Shown piece by piece: positions 50,756 through 60,694 of a stretch of DNA of 64,000 nt. The notes under the pieces are model-generated. The model saw only the letters and a program-made list of their open reading frames with translations, made no database searches and had not been told where the DNA came from. The position numbers were made by a program, and so were the translations under genes. This DNA is from Gemmatimonadaceae bacterium (lineage in GTDB: Bacteria > Gemmatimonadota > Gemmatimonadetes > Gemmatimonadales > Gemmatimonadaceae), in the NCBI GenBank assembly GCA_020851455.1, contig JADZCT010000034.1:1200-65199 (forward strand), read 5' to 3'. Every line of letters begins with the position of its first letter. The first letter of the stretch is position 1.

Positions 50756-51914
50756 GGCCGTTCTCCGGAAAGAATGCGCCGCCGCTCACGCGCCAGCGTT
50801 CGAGGCGCGTAAAGGCCGCGGGAATTTCGTCCGCACGCGGAACGCAGAGGATCACCTGCGCCGCGCCGCCAACCGCGTTGTCGGCGATGAGTCCGAGAAC
50901 GCGCGCCACGCGGTTGTGGTCCAGCTCGGCGAACGGGTCGTCGAGCAGGAGGACGGGCTGCACCAGCTTGCGTTCGCGGAACGTCTCCGCCTCGAGCAGG
51001 CGCAGCGCAATGGCGGCGGTGCGATGCTGTCCCGCGGAGCCGCTTAGCCGGAGCGCGCGCCGGTCCAGCGTGATCGTGAGGTCGTCGCGGTGGGGGCCGT
51101 GCTGCGTCATGCCCCGGAGCTCGTCCTGCTCGCGCGCGGCTTCCAGTGCGGCTTCGATGTCGCCCTCGGTGCCGGCATGGGCGCCAAACTCCGACGCGTA
51201 CGCCAGTGCCATTGGCTCCACCTCGCCGATCGTGGCCGCGAGCGACGCAAACCGTGTGGCGTAAGCGCCGGTCCACTCGTGCCGCGCGCGGACTATCACG
51301 GCGCCATGCTCGGCGATGGCCGGGTTCCACGCGCGTGCGGTTGCGCGCGCCGCGAGGCTGCCCCGAAGGGCCGCGTTCCGTCGCGCCAGTGCGGCGCGGT
51401 AATGCCTGAGCGCGTGCAGATAGGCGGCGTCGGTGAGCCCGAGCATGACGTCCAGCAGCCGGCGGCGTTCGCCCGGCCCGCCCGCCACCAGTGCCGCGTC
51501 CGCCGGCGACACGCACACGGAGGGCACTGCACCAACCGCGTCGCCCAGCCGCACTGTCTCGACGCCGTCGAGCGTTACACGCTTGTCGCCCGCCCGCGAC
51601 ACGCCCACCGACACGCGCCTCGCTCCCGTTCCCTCTGCGCTCGCGCCCAGGTGAAACGCCTCCGCGCCAAAGCGGATGAGGTCGCGGTCGCGTGCGCTCC
51701 GCATCGAGCGGAGGAGCTCGAGGTATGCGATTGCTTCAAGCAGGTTCGTCTTGCCCTGTCCGTTGTCGCCCACTACGGCCACCCCTTCGCGCGGGATGCG
51801 GAGGGTGGCGCTCTCGATGTTGCGGAAGTTGCGGAGATCCAGGGTCCCGATCCGCGCCGGGGTTACGACCCTGCCTTCGCCATCAGCCGGAGAAGCAACG
51901 GGCGCAGCCGCCAT
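50742..51914 (-). CDS. recF: DNA replication and repair protein RecF
   Basis: 390 aa. Walker A GDNGQGKTNLLEAI, signature SAGQHRTAAIAL, Walker B LLLDDPFAELD. Confidence 0.93.
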   Translation of the reverse strand: MAAAPVASPADGEGRVVTPARIGTLDLRNFRNIESATLRIPREGVAVVGDNGQGKTNLLEAIAYLELLRSMRSARDRDLIRFGAEAFHLGASAEGTGARRVSVGVSRAGDKRVTLDGVETVRLGDAVGAVPSVCVSPADAALVAGGPGERRRLLDVMLGLTDAAYLHALRHYRAALARRNAALRGSLAARATARAWNPAIAEHGAVIVRARHEWTGAYATRFASLAATIGEVEPMALAYASEFGAHAGTEGDIEAALEAAREQDELRGMTQHGPHRDDLTITLDRRALRLSGSAGQHRTAAIALRLLEAETFRERKLVQPVLLLDDPFAELDHNRVARVLGLIADNAVGGAAQVILCVPRADEIPAAFTRLERWRVSGGAFFPENGRGRP

Positions 51915-51915
51915 C

Positions 51916-52695
51916 CTACGCGCCGCGGAACGCGGCCGCGCGCTTCTCGAGGAACGCCCGCGTGCCTTCCCGCATGTCTGCCGTATCGCCCAGGGAGCTG
52001 AAGAGCCGCGCCTCCGCCGTCAGGCCTTCGTCGAGCGTCAGGTCGAGCGCAAGGTCCACCGCGTCCAGCGCGCGGGCAACCGCGACGGGCCCGTTGGCGA
52101 GCACCGACGCAACGAAAGAGCGCGCCGCGGGAAGCAGCGCCTCCGGCTCGGCCACCGCGTCGGCGAGGCCGATCCGATACGCCTCCGGCCCGTCAATCGG
52201 TTCGCCGGAGAGGATGAGGCGGAGTGCCGCACCGCGGCCCACGAGCCGTGGCAGGCGTTGCGTGCCCCCGTACCCGGGAATGAGCCCCAGTTTCACTTCG
52301 GGCAGGCCGAACTTCGCCTTCGTGGACGCAAACCGCACGTGGCAGGCGAGCGCCAGCTCGCACCCCCCGCCGAGCGCGAATCCGTTCACCGCCGCCACTA
52401 CCGGCTTGCGCGACTGCTCGATGCGGCGGAACAGCGCCTGTCCCCGCTTCGCGAACGCCTCGAGCGAGGCCGGCGGCTCGCTTGCGATCTCCGCGATGTC
52501 AGCCCCGGCCACGAACGAGCGCCCCGCACCGGTTACTATCACGCCGCCAGCGCCGCTGTCGCCGGCGATGGCGTCGAACGCGGTGTCGAGCTCGCCCAGT
52601 ACGTCGGCGTTCAGCGCGTTCAGCTTGTCGGGACGGTTGATCGTGACGGTGACGATTCGGTCGCTCGACTCGAGGAGCAGGTGTTCGAATGCCAT
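51916..52695 (-). CDS. enoyl-CoA hydratase (crotonase family)
   Basis: 259 aa with motifs VTINRPDKLNALN, FVAGADI and VNGFALGGGCELALACH. The stop lies 1 nt before the recF start. Confidence 0.92.
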   Translation of the reverse strand: MAFEHLLLESSDRIVTVTINRPDKLNALNADVLGELDTAFDAIAGDSGAGGVIVTGAGRSFVAGADIAEIASEPPASLEAFAKRGQALFRRIEQSRKPVVAAVNGFALGGGCELALACHVRFASTKAKFGLPEVKLGLIPGYGGTQRLPRLVGRGAALRLILSGEPIDGPEAYRIGLADAVAEPEALLPAARSFVASVLANGPVAVARALDAVDLALDLTLDEGLTAEARLFSSLGDTADMREGTRAFLEKRAAAFRGA

Positions 52696-52787
52696 TGGGT
52701 CCGCTGTCGTGTGCGTTTCCGTTGAATCTACCCAACACCGGCCGCCGACGCGGCTAGCTTTCCGGCGTACACCTGCCCCGACACTTC

Positions 52788-54260
52788 ATGACGCGCAGCG
52801 TACTCGCAATTGACCAGGGCACCACGGGTTCGCACTGCCTGGTGATCACCGAAGACGGACGCATCGCGGCCAGGGCCTACCGGGAAATCACCCAGCACTT
52901 TCCCGAGCCGGGCCACGTCGAGCACGACGCCGACGAGATCTTCACCGCCACGCGCGACGCTGCCCGCGAGGCCATCGCCGCGAGCGGCCTCCGTCCCGAG
53001 GCGATTGGCATCACGAACCAGCGCGAGACGATCGTCGTGTGGGACCGTGAGACGGGCGCGCCGCTGGGCCGGGCCATCGTCTGGCAGGATCGCCGCACCG
53101 CGGCCCGCTGCGCTGCCCTCGCGCCGCGCGCCGAGGCGATAACCCGGGCCACCGGCCTCGTGCTGGATCCGTACTTCTCGGCGACGAAGCTCGAGTGGAT
53201 GCTGCAGCACCGGCTCGGCGCCGCGGGGACCGGCTCGCTCATTGCCGGCACGATTGACAGCTGGCTCGTCTGGAAGCTCACGAACGGCCGGGTCCATGCG
53301 ACCGATCCCACGAACGCTTCGCGGACGATGCTCTACGACATTGACAGGGGCGCGTGGAGCGACGCGCTTGCCGCCCTCTTTGGCGTCCCGCTCGCGATGC
53401 TGCCCGAGGTCCGGCCGTCGTCTGGCGACTTTGGCGTCGCGGATGCGTCGCACCTGGGCTATGAACTGCCGATAGCGGGCATCGCGGGCGACCAGCAGGC
53501 CGCGCTCTTCGGGCAGGGATGCTGGTCCGCGGGCGCGAGCAAGAACACCTACGGCACTGGCGCGTTCCTGCTGTTGCACACGGGCGCCCGGCGCCCGGCG
53601 GGTGGCGGCGGGCTGCTCACCACGATCGCCTGCGACGCGGCCGGACGCCCCGCCTACGCGCTCGAGGCGAGCATCTTCATCGCTGGCGCCGCGGTGCAGT
53701 GGCTCCGTGACGGACTCGGGCTCGTCGCCCGGGCGGGAGATACCGAGGCAATGGCGAAGTCGCTTGCGTCGAACGACGGCGTGTACTTCGTGCCTGCCCT
53801 CACCGGCCTGGGCGCGCCGGAATGGGAGCCCAACGCGCGTGGCACGATCGTCGGGCTCACGCGCGGCACCACGCGCGAACACCTCGTGCGCGCGGCGCTC
53901 GAGGCGATGTGCTTCGGCACCGCCGACGTCCTCGCGGCCATGCGTAACGCCAGCGGTGCGCCCCTGGACCTGCTCCGCGTGGACGGCGGAGCCACAGCGA
54001 ACGCGTGGATGATGCAGTTCCAGGCGGACCTGCTGGGCGTGCCCGTGGAGCGCCCTGACGTGATTGACACGACCGCGCTTGGCGCCGCGGCGCTGGCCGG
54101 CCTCGCGACCGGCGTCTGGCCCGACGCCGATTCGTTCATTCACTCGCGGCGCTACGACCGCTTCACGCCGGGCCTGGGGCAAGCGGCCGCGGGCGCGGCG
54201 GCGCGCGGGTGGCAGCGCGCCGTCCGCGCCGCGCTGCACTGGGCGAAGGACGCCGGCTGA
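52788..54260 (+). CDS. glpK: glycerol kinase
   Basis: 490 aa. AIDQGTTGS, NQRETIVVWD, FIAGAAVQWLRD; FGGY-family layout. Confidence 0.96.
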   Translation: MTRSVLAIDQGTTGSHCLVITEDGRIAARAYREITQHFPEPGHVEHDADEIFTATRDAAREAIAASGLRPEAIGITNQRETIVVWDRETGAPLGRAIVWQDRRTAARCAALAPRAEAITRATGLVLDPYFSATKLEWMLQHRLGAAGTGSLIAGTIDSWLVWKLTNGRVHATDPTNASRTMLYDIDRGAWSDALAALFGVPLAMLPEVRPSSGDFGVADASHLGYELPIAGIAGDQQAALFGQGCWSAGASKNTYGTGAFLLLHTGARRPAGGGGLLTTIACDAAGRPAYALEASIFIAGAAVQWLRDGLGLVARAGDTEAMAKSLASNDGVYFVPALTGLGAPEWEPNARGTIVGLTRGTTREHLVRAALEAMCFGTADVLAAMRNASGAPLDLLRVDGGATANAWMMQFQADLLGVPVERPDVIDTTALGAAALAGLATGVWPDADSFIHSRRYDRFTPGLGQAAAGAAARGWQRAVRAALHWAKDAG

Positions 54261-54586
54261 TGCACTTCGTCTTCGTGTTCGCCATCTGGGGCGCGCCACT
54301 GCACCCCCATCCCGCGCCCGGCGGCGACCGCTGGCTCGGCGGAGACAAGCTGCTCCACTTCGTTGCCTCCGCGGCAGTGCAGGGCGCCGCTCATGCAGCC
54401 TTCCGGGCGCGCGGCGCCGACTACGGGGGCGCGAGCCGTGGCGCGGCCGCGGTGACGCTCACCGTCGGCATCTCGAAGGAACTGTGGGACCGCTCGCATG
54501 GCGGCGACGCGAGCATGCGCGACCTGGCGTGGGATGCCATAGGGGGCGCCGCGGGCGCCGTGGTCGTGCGACAAGCGGATCGCTGA
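54260..54586 (+). CDS. small membrane/periplasmic protein, function unknown
   Basis: The ATG at 54260 overlaps the glpK stop (TGATG). Pattern DKLLHFVAS...GISKELWD...SMRDLAWDAIG. The family is not confidently recognised. Confidence 0.45.
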   Translation: MHFVFVFAIWGAPLHPHPAPGGDRWLGGDKLLHFVASAAVQGAAHAAFRARGADYGGASRGAAAVTLTVGISKELWDRSHGGDASMRDLAWDAIGGAAGAVVVRQADR

Positions 54587-54589
54587 ACC

Positions 54590-56188
54590 GTGCATGGCCT
54601 TGCTGACGCCGCGCGCCTCGCGGCGTGGGTCGCGCTCGTGTTCGCGGTGTGGGCGGCGGCGGCGGGGTTGTTTGCGCGCCGTATGCTCTACGCCAACCTC
54701 GCGGTCATTGCATGGCGAGGCATGGTTGCCGCCGTCACCGCGGCCTCGATCGCGCTCGCAATCCTGTGCTACGCGCTCGCCGCGCACGACTACGGCTTCG
54801 CCTTCGTAGCCGAGCGGGCGTCAGCGTTCATGCCAGCGAAGTGGCTCCCGGCTGCGCTGCTCTCCGCGACCGGCGGCGCGACGCTGGCGTGGGCCGTGCT
54901 CGTCGGCGCGTTCGGCCTCACTGCCCTTGGCCGCGTTCGGCGCGCGACGGCACTCGATGAAGGCCGGCCCGTGACGGTCGTTGCGGCCTCGGCGGTCATG
55001 GCGGTTTCCCTCGCCGTGGCCATTGCCAGCCGCCCGTTCGCCGCGACCTTTGGCGCAGTGCGCGACGGCGCGGTGCTCCCGCCCGACCTGCAGCAGGCTG
55101 CGCCAATCGTGGTCGCGCTGGGGTACCTGACAGCCGCGGCCGCATCGCTTGTGTCCCTCTCCCTCACCGCGGGCGCGCTCGACGCACGCACCCTCGATCT
55201 CCGCTGGAGCGGAGCCGCGCGGCGCTGGAACGCGATTGCCTGGACGGCCCTCGTCGCCGGGGTCGTCGCGTCGGCGCGCTGGTACGCCGGAACGCCTCTG
55301 CGCGGAGACTGGGCAACCGACCCGGCGACTTCGCTCTGGCTCCTCCCGTGCGCGATTGGCGCGTGGCTCATCCATCTCGACGCAGCGCGGCCCACGGCCG
55401 ACCGGATCGTCACGCGACTGCTCCTCATCTTCGCGATGGCTGCGGCGGTCGCGGGCGCGCTTGCCTTTGGGCTGGGCGCTCCCGTTCACGAAATTTCTGC
55501 GCACGCGAACCCGGCGGGCCGGTGGCTCGTCGTCATTCCCCTCGGCGTCACCCTCTCCGCCGTCACGCTGCTCAGGCGCGCCGCTGGCGCGGCAGCCGGG
55601 GCCACCAGGTTTCCCGCGCCATCGCGAAACGTCGCAGCGGCATGGCTCGCGCACGCCGGCGCCATTCTCGTGCTCGGCGCCATCGTTGGAGCCAGGTTCG
55701 TCCGCTCGTACCGGATCCAGCTGGCCGACACAGCGATCTTCACTGCGCACGACCAGCTTGGCCGCCAGTGGTCCTTCACCGGCGAGGGGCAGTCAACGTC
55801 GCAGCGCGAGAACTACGCCGCGGTCACCTGGGCGCTCGTCCCGGCGCGCAACGGGGTGCGCGGGCCAGTGCTGACGGCCGAGGCGAGGGCATACGCCTCC
55901 GATGCCGACAACGACGAACGCAGCGCGGTGCAGGTGGCCTACGCCGGGTCGGTCGCGCGCGGCGTTCTCCTCGAGACTCGCGTATCTGTCGTGAATCCCG
56001 ATGCGTCGCCAGCGGTGCTCCAGGTGAGCTTCGTCCCCCTCGGTACCTGGCTCGTGCCCGGCGCGCTGCTCATCCTCGCCGGCGCGCTTATCCCGGCCGT
56101 GCGCATTCCGGAGGAGCCGGCGGGGCGCTTCACCGGCACCTCCTCCCCGGGCCCGCCTCCGCTCACCCCGCCTTCAGGGACTTCCTGA
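54590..56188 (+). CDS. CcmF-like polytopic membrane protein lacking the heme-handling WWD motif
   Basis: 532 aa with GTG start and about 10 TM segments. The C-terminal periplasmic beta domain plus final TM (LQVSFVPLGTWLVPGALLILAGAL) resemble the CcmF C-terminal region. No WGGWWFWDPVEN-type motif is seen. Confidence 0.5.
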   Translation: MHGLADAARLAAWVALVFAVWAAAAGLFARRMLYANLAVIAWRGMVAAVTAASIALAILCYALAAHDYGFAFVAERASAFMPAKWLPAALLSATGGATLAWAVLVGAFGLTALGRVRRATALDEGRPVTVVAASAVMAVSLAVAIASRPFAATFGAVRDGAVLPPDLQQAAPIVVALGYLTAAAASLVSLSLTAGALDARTLDLRWSGAARRWNAIAWTALVAGVVASARWYAGTPLRGDWATDPATSLWLLPCAIGAWLIHLDAARPTADRIVTRLLLIFAMAAAVAGALAFGLGAPVHEISAHANPAGRWLVVIPLGVTLSAVTLLRRAAGAAAGATRFPAPSRNVAAAWLAHAGAILVLGAIVGARFVRSYRIQLADTAIFTAHDQLGRQWSFTGEGQSTSQRENYAAVTWALVPARNGVRGPVLTAEARAYASDADNDERSAVQVAYAGSVARGVLLETRVSVVNPDASPAVLQVSFVPLGTWLVPGALLILAGALIPAVRIPEEPAGRFTGTSSPGPPPLTPPSGTS

Positions 56189-56633
56189 AGCAGTGCTTCT
56201 CGCCCACTCGCAGCTCGCTCCGGTCAATCTTCTCGTAGCGGGCGATCTTTTCCGGGTAGGTCGTGAGCGGCGTGCGCTCGAACCCGGCGGCGAGGAACAA
56301 GTCGTCCGAGTACGACACCGAGAAGAGATCCGCGTACCCGCGCTGCCGCGCGAGCTTCTCGATCGTCTTGATCAACGCCTTGCCGTGTCCCAGCTCCTGC
56401 TCGTCCTGCGAAACAGCGAGCGAAATGAGCTCCGCGACTGAAGGCGAGTACTCGTCCAGCCCGGCGCATGCCACGATTTCGCCGTCGGCACCGCGTATGA
56501 CCCGATACTCCGCGAGGTGAGCGTACACGAAGTCCGCGGTGCGGGGTAGAGTGAGGCCCTGCGGAGCGTAGCGGTTGTTGAGCGCGACGATGCCGGGAAT
56601 GTCGGATTCGTTCGCGCGTTCGACGCGGCTCAT
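56163..56633 (-). CDS. GNAT-family N-acetyltransferase
   Basis: Trimmed to the ATG at 56633, which overlaps the upstream stop (ATGA). 156 aa with acetyl-CoA motif LAVSQDEQELGHGKALIKTIEKLA. Confidence 0.85.
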   Translation of the reverse strand: MSRVERANESDIPGIVALNNRYAPQGLTLPRTADFVYAHLAEYRVIRGADGEIVACAGLDEYSPSVAELISLAVSQDEQELGHGKALIKTIEKLARQRGYADLFSVSYSDDLFLAAGFERTPLTTYPEKIARYEKIDRSELRVGEKHCFRKSLKAG

Positions 56634-58333
56634 AGTTCCACCTTCTCGAGGCGCCGTAGCGCCTCGCGCACGGGAAGCACCGTGGCCGCAATGCACAGCA
56701 GCCCGGCTGCGAAAAAACCAAGCGCCATCTCGCCTGGACTCGGCGCCTGGTGGAATGCCTGCGCCGACAGGTATCCGTACACCGGCCGCGCTTCGAGGAT
56801 CACGACACCGCCAATCAGGACAACCGACGCCATCATGAACACGAGGCCGCCAAAGGACGTCGGTATCTGCGCGGCGTTCTCGGTCTCGAACTGCGGGAAG
56901 ATCGTCCCGCAGCCGATTGCCAGCCCGCAGATGCCGAAAGTCAGGCCGGTAATCGAGAAGATGGACACCGCGACCATGAATTGACTCACCTGCAGCAGGT
57001 AGTCGGTCACGCCAACGATCATGAGCGCCAGGACAAGCACGGGCGTGGTCCCCACCCAGAACTTCGCCCAAAGGAGGTCCCGCATACGCATCGGGCTAGA
57101 CCTGAGGAGCCAGAGCGTCCTGCCCTCGAGCGAAACGGCGGGGAAGATGAACCGCGCCGCAATCGAGGCGAGCACGAAGCCCGCCAGCACCAGGTTCAGG
57201 AACGGCACGATATTCACGAGGAAGAACGTAATTCCCTCGCCCCGGAGCGGCAGAAACTTGATGTTGAACACGTACACGACTACGAGCACGGCGAGCAGGA
57301 TGAGCTGCGACCACTGCGTCGTGTCGCGGAAGAAGAGCCGGATCTCCTTCAGGATGAGCTCGCGCCGGAGCACGCCCAGCGGAGCGAGCGCCTTCCGGAC
57401 AAGCGCCGTCCCCGTACCCGAGCGCACCCATCGCTGCGCGCTCTCCTGCGCACGGCTGAAGCCGGACGTGTAGAGCGCGCGGTGGAGCAGCGCACCGAGC
57501 ACCACGGCTGCCGCGGCGGTGGTCCAGAGCAGGTACACGGCGAGCCAATCCGGATTGTCGCCCAGGTAGCCCATCACTCCGCGCTGGAACCACTCGCTGG
57601 GCATGAAGGGCGACGTGGGCGTGCGCAGCACTGCTATGAAGTCCACGAGCGAACGGAATCCTTCGGGGCGCGCGAGCTTCTCGGGCCGCAGCAGGCGGAA
57701 GAGCACCACCACGCCTCCCGCCGTGAGCACCGCGACCACGCTCAGGATGTCGCGCGTGCGCCTCGCGGGAAAGACGTTCACGAGGATGAGCGTTACCGCG
57801 CTCCCGACCACCGACGGAATCACGATGAAGGGCACGAAAAGCGCCATGGCGAACGGGATGAATGCCCAGCCGCCTTCGTACACCCATCCGTATGCGGCGA
57901 ACATCGGCACCGACATGAGCGCCACCATCCAGCTCGACGCGATTGCGGTCTCGAGCAACTTCGCGCCGTAGAGCCGAAGCCAGTCAACCGGGCCGCCCAC
58001 GAGGATGTCGAGATCCTTCGCGAGGAAGAAACTCGACAGCGCCGTTATGACGTTCGAAAGCAGCAGGATCGCGAAGAAGCTTACGAGGATCAGGCCGAGC
58101 AGCTTGCCCGCGAGCAGCGCGCCGATCTCCTGCACGTCGCGGAAGTAGCGGAGCAGCCGGAAGAGCACGCCAAACACGAACGCCCAGAAGAGGACCCCTA
58201 CACCGCCAAGGACCAGGTAGCGCCAGAACCCGCCGTTCCCGCTGGCCCGCGCGCGCGCCCGCGCCGTCAGCCACTTCGGGCGAAGCAGGTGCAGCAGGGG
58301 CGGGTCGGCGAGCAGCCCGGGCGCCTCAGGCAT
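56630..58333 (-). CDS. polytopic membrane protein of the putative-ABC-exporter type
   Basis: 567 aa with about 12 TM segments. The start overlaps the ATPase gene end by 8 nt. Confidence 0.72.
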   Translation of the reverse strand: MPEAPGLLADPPLLHLLRPKWLTARARARASGNGGFWRYLVLGGVGVLFWAFVFGVLFRLLRYFRDVQEIGALLAGKLLGLILVSFFAILLLSNVITALSSFFLAKDLDILVGGPVDWLRLYGAKLLETAIASSWMVALMSVPMFAAYGWVYEGGWAFIPFAMALFVPFIVIPSVVGSAVTLILVNVFPARRTRDILSVVAVLTAGGVVVLFRLLRPEKLARPEGFRSLVDFIAVLRTPTSPFMPSEWFQRGVMGYLGDNPDWLAVYLLWTTAAAAVVLGALLHRALYTSGFSRAQESAQRWVRSGTGTALVRKALAPLGVLRRELILKEIRLFFRDTTQWSQLILLAVLVVVYVFNIKFLPLRGEGITFFLVNIVPFLNLVLAGFVLASIAARFIFPAVSLEGRTLWLLRSSPMRMRDLLWAKFWVGTTPVLVLALMIVGVTDYLLQVSQFMVAVSIFSITGLTFGICGLAIGCGTIFPQFETENAAQIPTSFGGLVFMMASVVLIGGVVILEARPVYGYLSAQAFHQAPSPGEMALGFFAAGLLCIAATVLPVREALRRLEKVEL

Positions 58334-59081
58334 CGAGCACCTCGACGAGATTCCGCGCGGCGAGTTCTCCCGTGAGCTTGAGGAAGATCTCCTCCAGCCC
58401 GCCGCCCTGCGCCGACTGCTGGCGCAGGTCGTCCATCGTCCCGCACGCCGCGATCTTCCCGCTCACGTTGATCGCGATGCGGTCGCAAAGCGACTCCGCC
58501 GTCTCGAGCGTGTGGGTTGACATCATGATCGTATGGCCGCGGCGCACGTACTCCCGGAAAAGATCGCGCAGGATCCTGATGGACTTGGGGTCGAGTCCGA
58601 CGTGCGGCTCGTCCACCACGATCACCTCAGGCCGGTGCACGAACGCGCTCGACACGATGAGCTTCTGCCGCATGCCGTGGCTGTAACTCTCCACGAGTTC
58701 TTCCCGCCACTCGTCGAGATCGAACAGCGCCATCAATTCGCGCGCACGGTGCTCCACGTCCGCGCCTGCCTGGCCGTAGAGCCCGGCGACGAAGCGCAGA
58801 AACTCGATCCCGGTCAGCTTCTCGTAGATGAACGGACGGTCCGGGATGAAGCCAAGCTTCGACTTTGCCGCGATCGGATCCCGCGCGATGTCAATCCCGC
58901 CTATCTCCACGGTTCCCGACGTCGGCTGGAGGATCCCCGCGATCATCCGCAAGCTGGTCGTCTTCCCCGCGCCGTTGGGCCCGAGGAACCCGAACAGCTC
59001 GCCGGATGGCACGTCGAGGTCTATGCCGTTCACCGCGGTGAACGTCCCATATCGCTTTGTAAGCTTGGAAAGACGGATCAC
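58326..59081 (-). CDS. ABC transporter ATP-binding protein (ABC-2/DrrA-like)
   Basis: Walker A GPNGAGKTT, signature YSHGMRQKL, Walker B IVVDEPHVGLD. Confidence 0.93.
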   Translation of the reverse strand: MIRLSKLTKRYGTFTAVNGIDLDVPSGELFGFLGPNGAGKTTSLRMIAGILQPTSGTVEIGGIDIARDPIAAKSKLGFIPDRPFIYEKLTGIEFLRFVAGLYGQAGADVEHRARELMALFDLDEWREELVESYSHGMRQKLIVSSAFVHRPEVIVVDEPHVGLDPKSIRILRDLFREYVRRGHTIMMSTHTLETAESLCDRIAINVSGKIAACGTMDDLRQQSAQGGGLEEIFLKLTGELAARNLVEVLDA

Positions 59082-60694
59082 CGCGCCTCCAGTACGTCAA
59101 TCTTGAGGTTCCCGATCAGGCGCAGCAGCTCAGCTTGCCGGAAGAGCCCGCCAACCTGGAACCTGAGGTGCCCGGCGTCCGCCGGGAACTGGCCAAATGT
59201 CGGGTCCACCGCGACCCAGTCACCCAGGTAGACCTCGGGCCATGCGTGATAGTAGAACTTGCCACGCAGGTACACGACGCCTGTAGCTATACGGGCGGGA
59301 ATCCGCAGCGCGCGCGCGAACGCGACGTAGAGCTGCGTGTGCTCGTTGCCGTCGCCGCGCCGCGTCTCGAGAACCTCGAGGGCGTTCGGGACGGTGAAGA
59401 CGACTTCCTTCTTCAGCGAGTCGTGCACCCACCGCACGAGCTTTTCCGCAAGCACGCGCTGGTTGCGGTCGCCGCCTTTCACTATCTGGATCGCCTTGCT
59501 CACGATGCGCTCGTCCCGTACCTGGAGCAAGGGCTCCGGGGAGAGGTCGGCGCGAAACCGATCGCGGAACCTCCAGTTGAGCGTATTGGTCAGCTGCCAG
59601 TTGGGCGTGAGCGTCGAGTCGCGCTCGACAGTCACCGTGAGGGTGTCGCCGCGCAGCCGCTGGCGGCCGCCGTCGAGCGCGTAGCCACGCAGATCAACGC
59701 CCCGCAACCGTACCTTCAGCAACGTCAGGCGCGCTCGGCCGGCCGGCACGTTCGCGGCAATGGCGCTGCGCTCGATTATGTCGGAGGCGTCGGCCGATGC
59801 AACAGTCTCGCGTTGCCGCGCGATCCGCCAGTTTTCGAACGCCATCTCGTAGGCCATGCGCTTGAGCACGATGCCGCCGGGCTGGCTGGCCTCCACTACC
59901 CGGCCCTGGGCGTCTACCCATCCCGTGAAGCTCGACCCGGGTTGCTCCGGCTCGAGCCGCCACGCGCGAACCGTGTCAGTGAGCGCGCTCACCCACTCGC
60001 CCTTCTCCCGATCGAGCGACGCGCTGTCAACCACCGTGAACAGCGACTCCGCCCGGAACACGTATGTGACCGGCCGTTGCTGCATCGTGCCGGGGTCGAG
60101 GCTGGGCAGCGTCACCTTGCGGCCCACCTTCGGGGTCTCCGCCAGCGTGGCCGCAAGCGGCACGACCTGCGGCAGCAGGACGGGGCCGCGTACGCTCAAG
60201 CGCTGCGAGTCGGCGGGCGCGCGTCCGTCCGTGGAGAGCGCATACACCACGGAACTGTCGCCATCCATCCTGCCGCCCGCGAGCAGTCTGTTTCCCGGCG
60301 CGTCCACGGCCACCTCGAACGAGCGAAGCGCCAGGACGCGCGAAAGCTTGACCACGGAGCGGGCCGAGCCGCGCTGCTTGGTGCCCGCGACGGGAAGGTC
60401 GGCCACGAAATAGTCAACCACGTCCACGCCGGTTGCGGTGGTATCAATCGTGGTCGAGGCGAAGCCGATCCGCTCGCCGCTCTGCTCCACGCTGAAGTAC
60501 GTCGCCCCGGGCGCGAGCCGAAGCGCCGCCTCCGCGAGCCGCTGCGCGTGGCCAACGAACACCTCCCGCCGCGCAAGCATCGCCAGCCCGCCAACCCACG
60601 CCAGGAGGATCGCCACTGCCATGCGGCTGCGACGCCGCCCGCGCGCAGCGAACCTGCGCTGGCCGCCCCGGTTCCCGGCCGCTTCCTCCGTCAC
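59078..60694 (-). CDS. membrane-anchored transglutaminase-like protein (nucleophile Cys not conserved)
   Basis: 538 aa. GTG start overlaps the TPR gene stop (GTGA). N-terminal TM MAVAILLAWVGGLAML. C-terminal core RRGDGNEHTQLYVAFARALRIPAR...YYHAWPEVYLGDWVAVDPT retains the His and Asp but has Gly where the Cys is expected. Confidence 0.78.
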   Translation of the reverse strand: MTEEAAGNRGGQRRFAARGRRRSRMAVAILLAWVGGLAMLARREVFVGHAQRLAEAALRLAPGATYFSVEQSGERIGFASTTIDTTATGVDVVDYFVADLPVAGTKQRGSARSVVKLSRVLALRSFEVAVDAPGNRLLAGGRMDGDSSVVYALSTDGRAPADSQRLSVRGPVLLPQVVPLAATLAETPKVGRKVTLPSLDPGTMQQRPVTYVFRAESLFTVVDSASLDREKGEWVSALTDTVRAWRLEPEQPGSSFTGWVDAQGRVVEASQPGGIVLKRMAYEMAFENWRIARQRETVASADASDIIERSAIAANVPAGRARLTLLKVRLRGVDLRGYALDGGRQRLRGDTLTVTVERDSTLTPNWQLTNTLNWRFRDRFRADLSPEPLLQVRDERIVSKAIQIVKGGDRNQRVLAEKLVRWVHDSLKKEVVFTVPNALEVLETRRGDGNEHTQLYVAFARALRIPARIATGVVYLRGKFYYHAWPEVYLGDWVAVDPTFGQFPADAGHLRFQVGGLFRQAELLRLIGNLKIDVLEAR

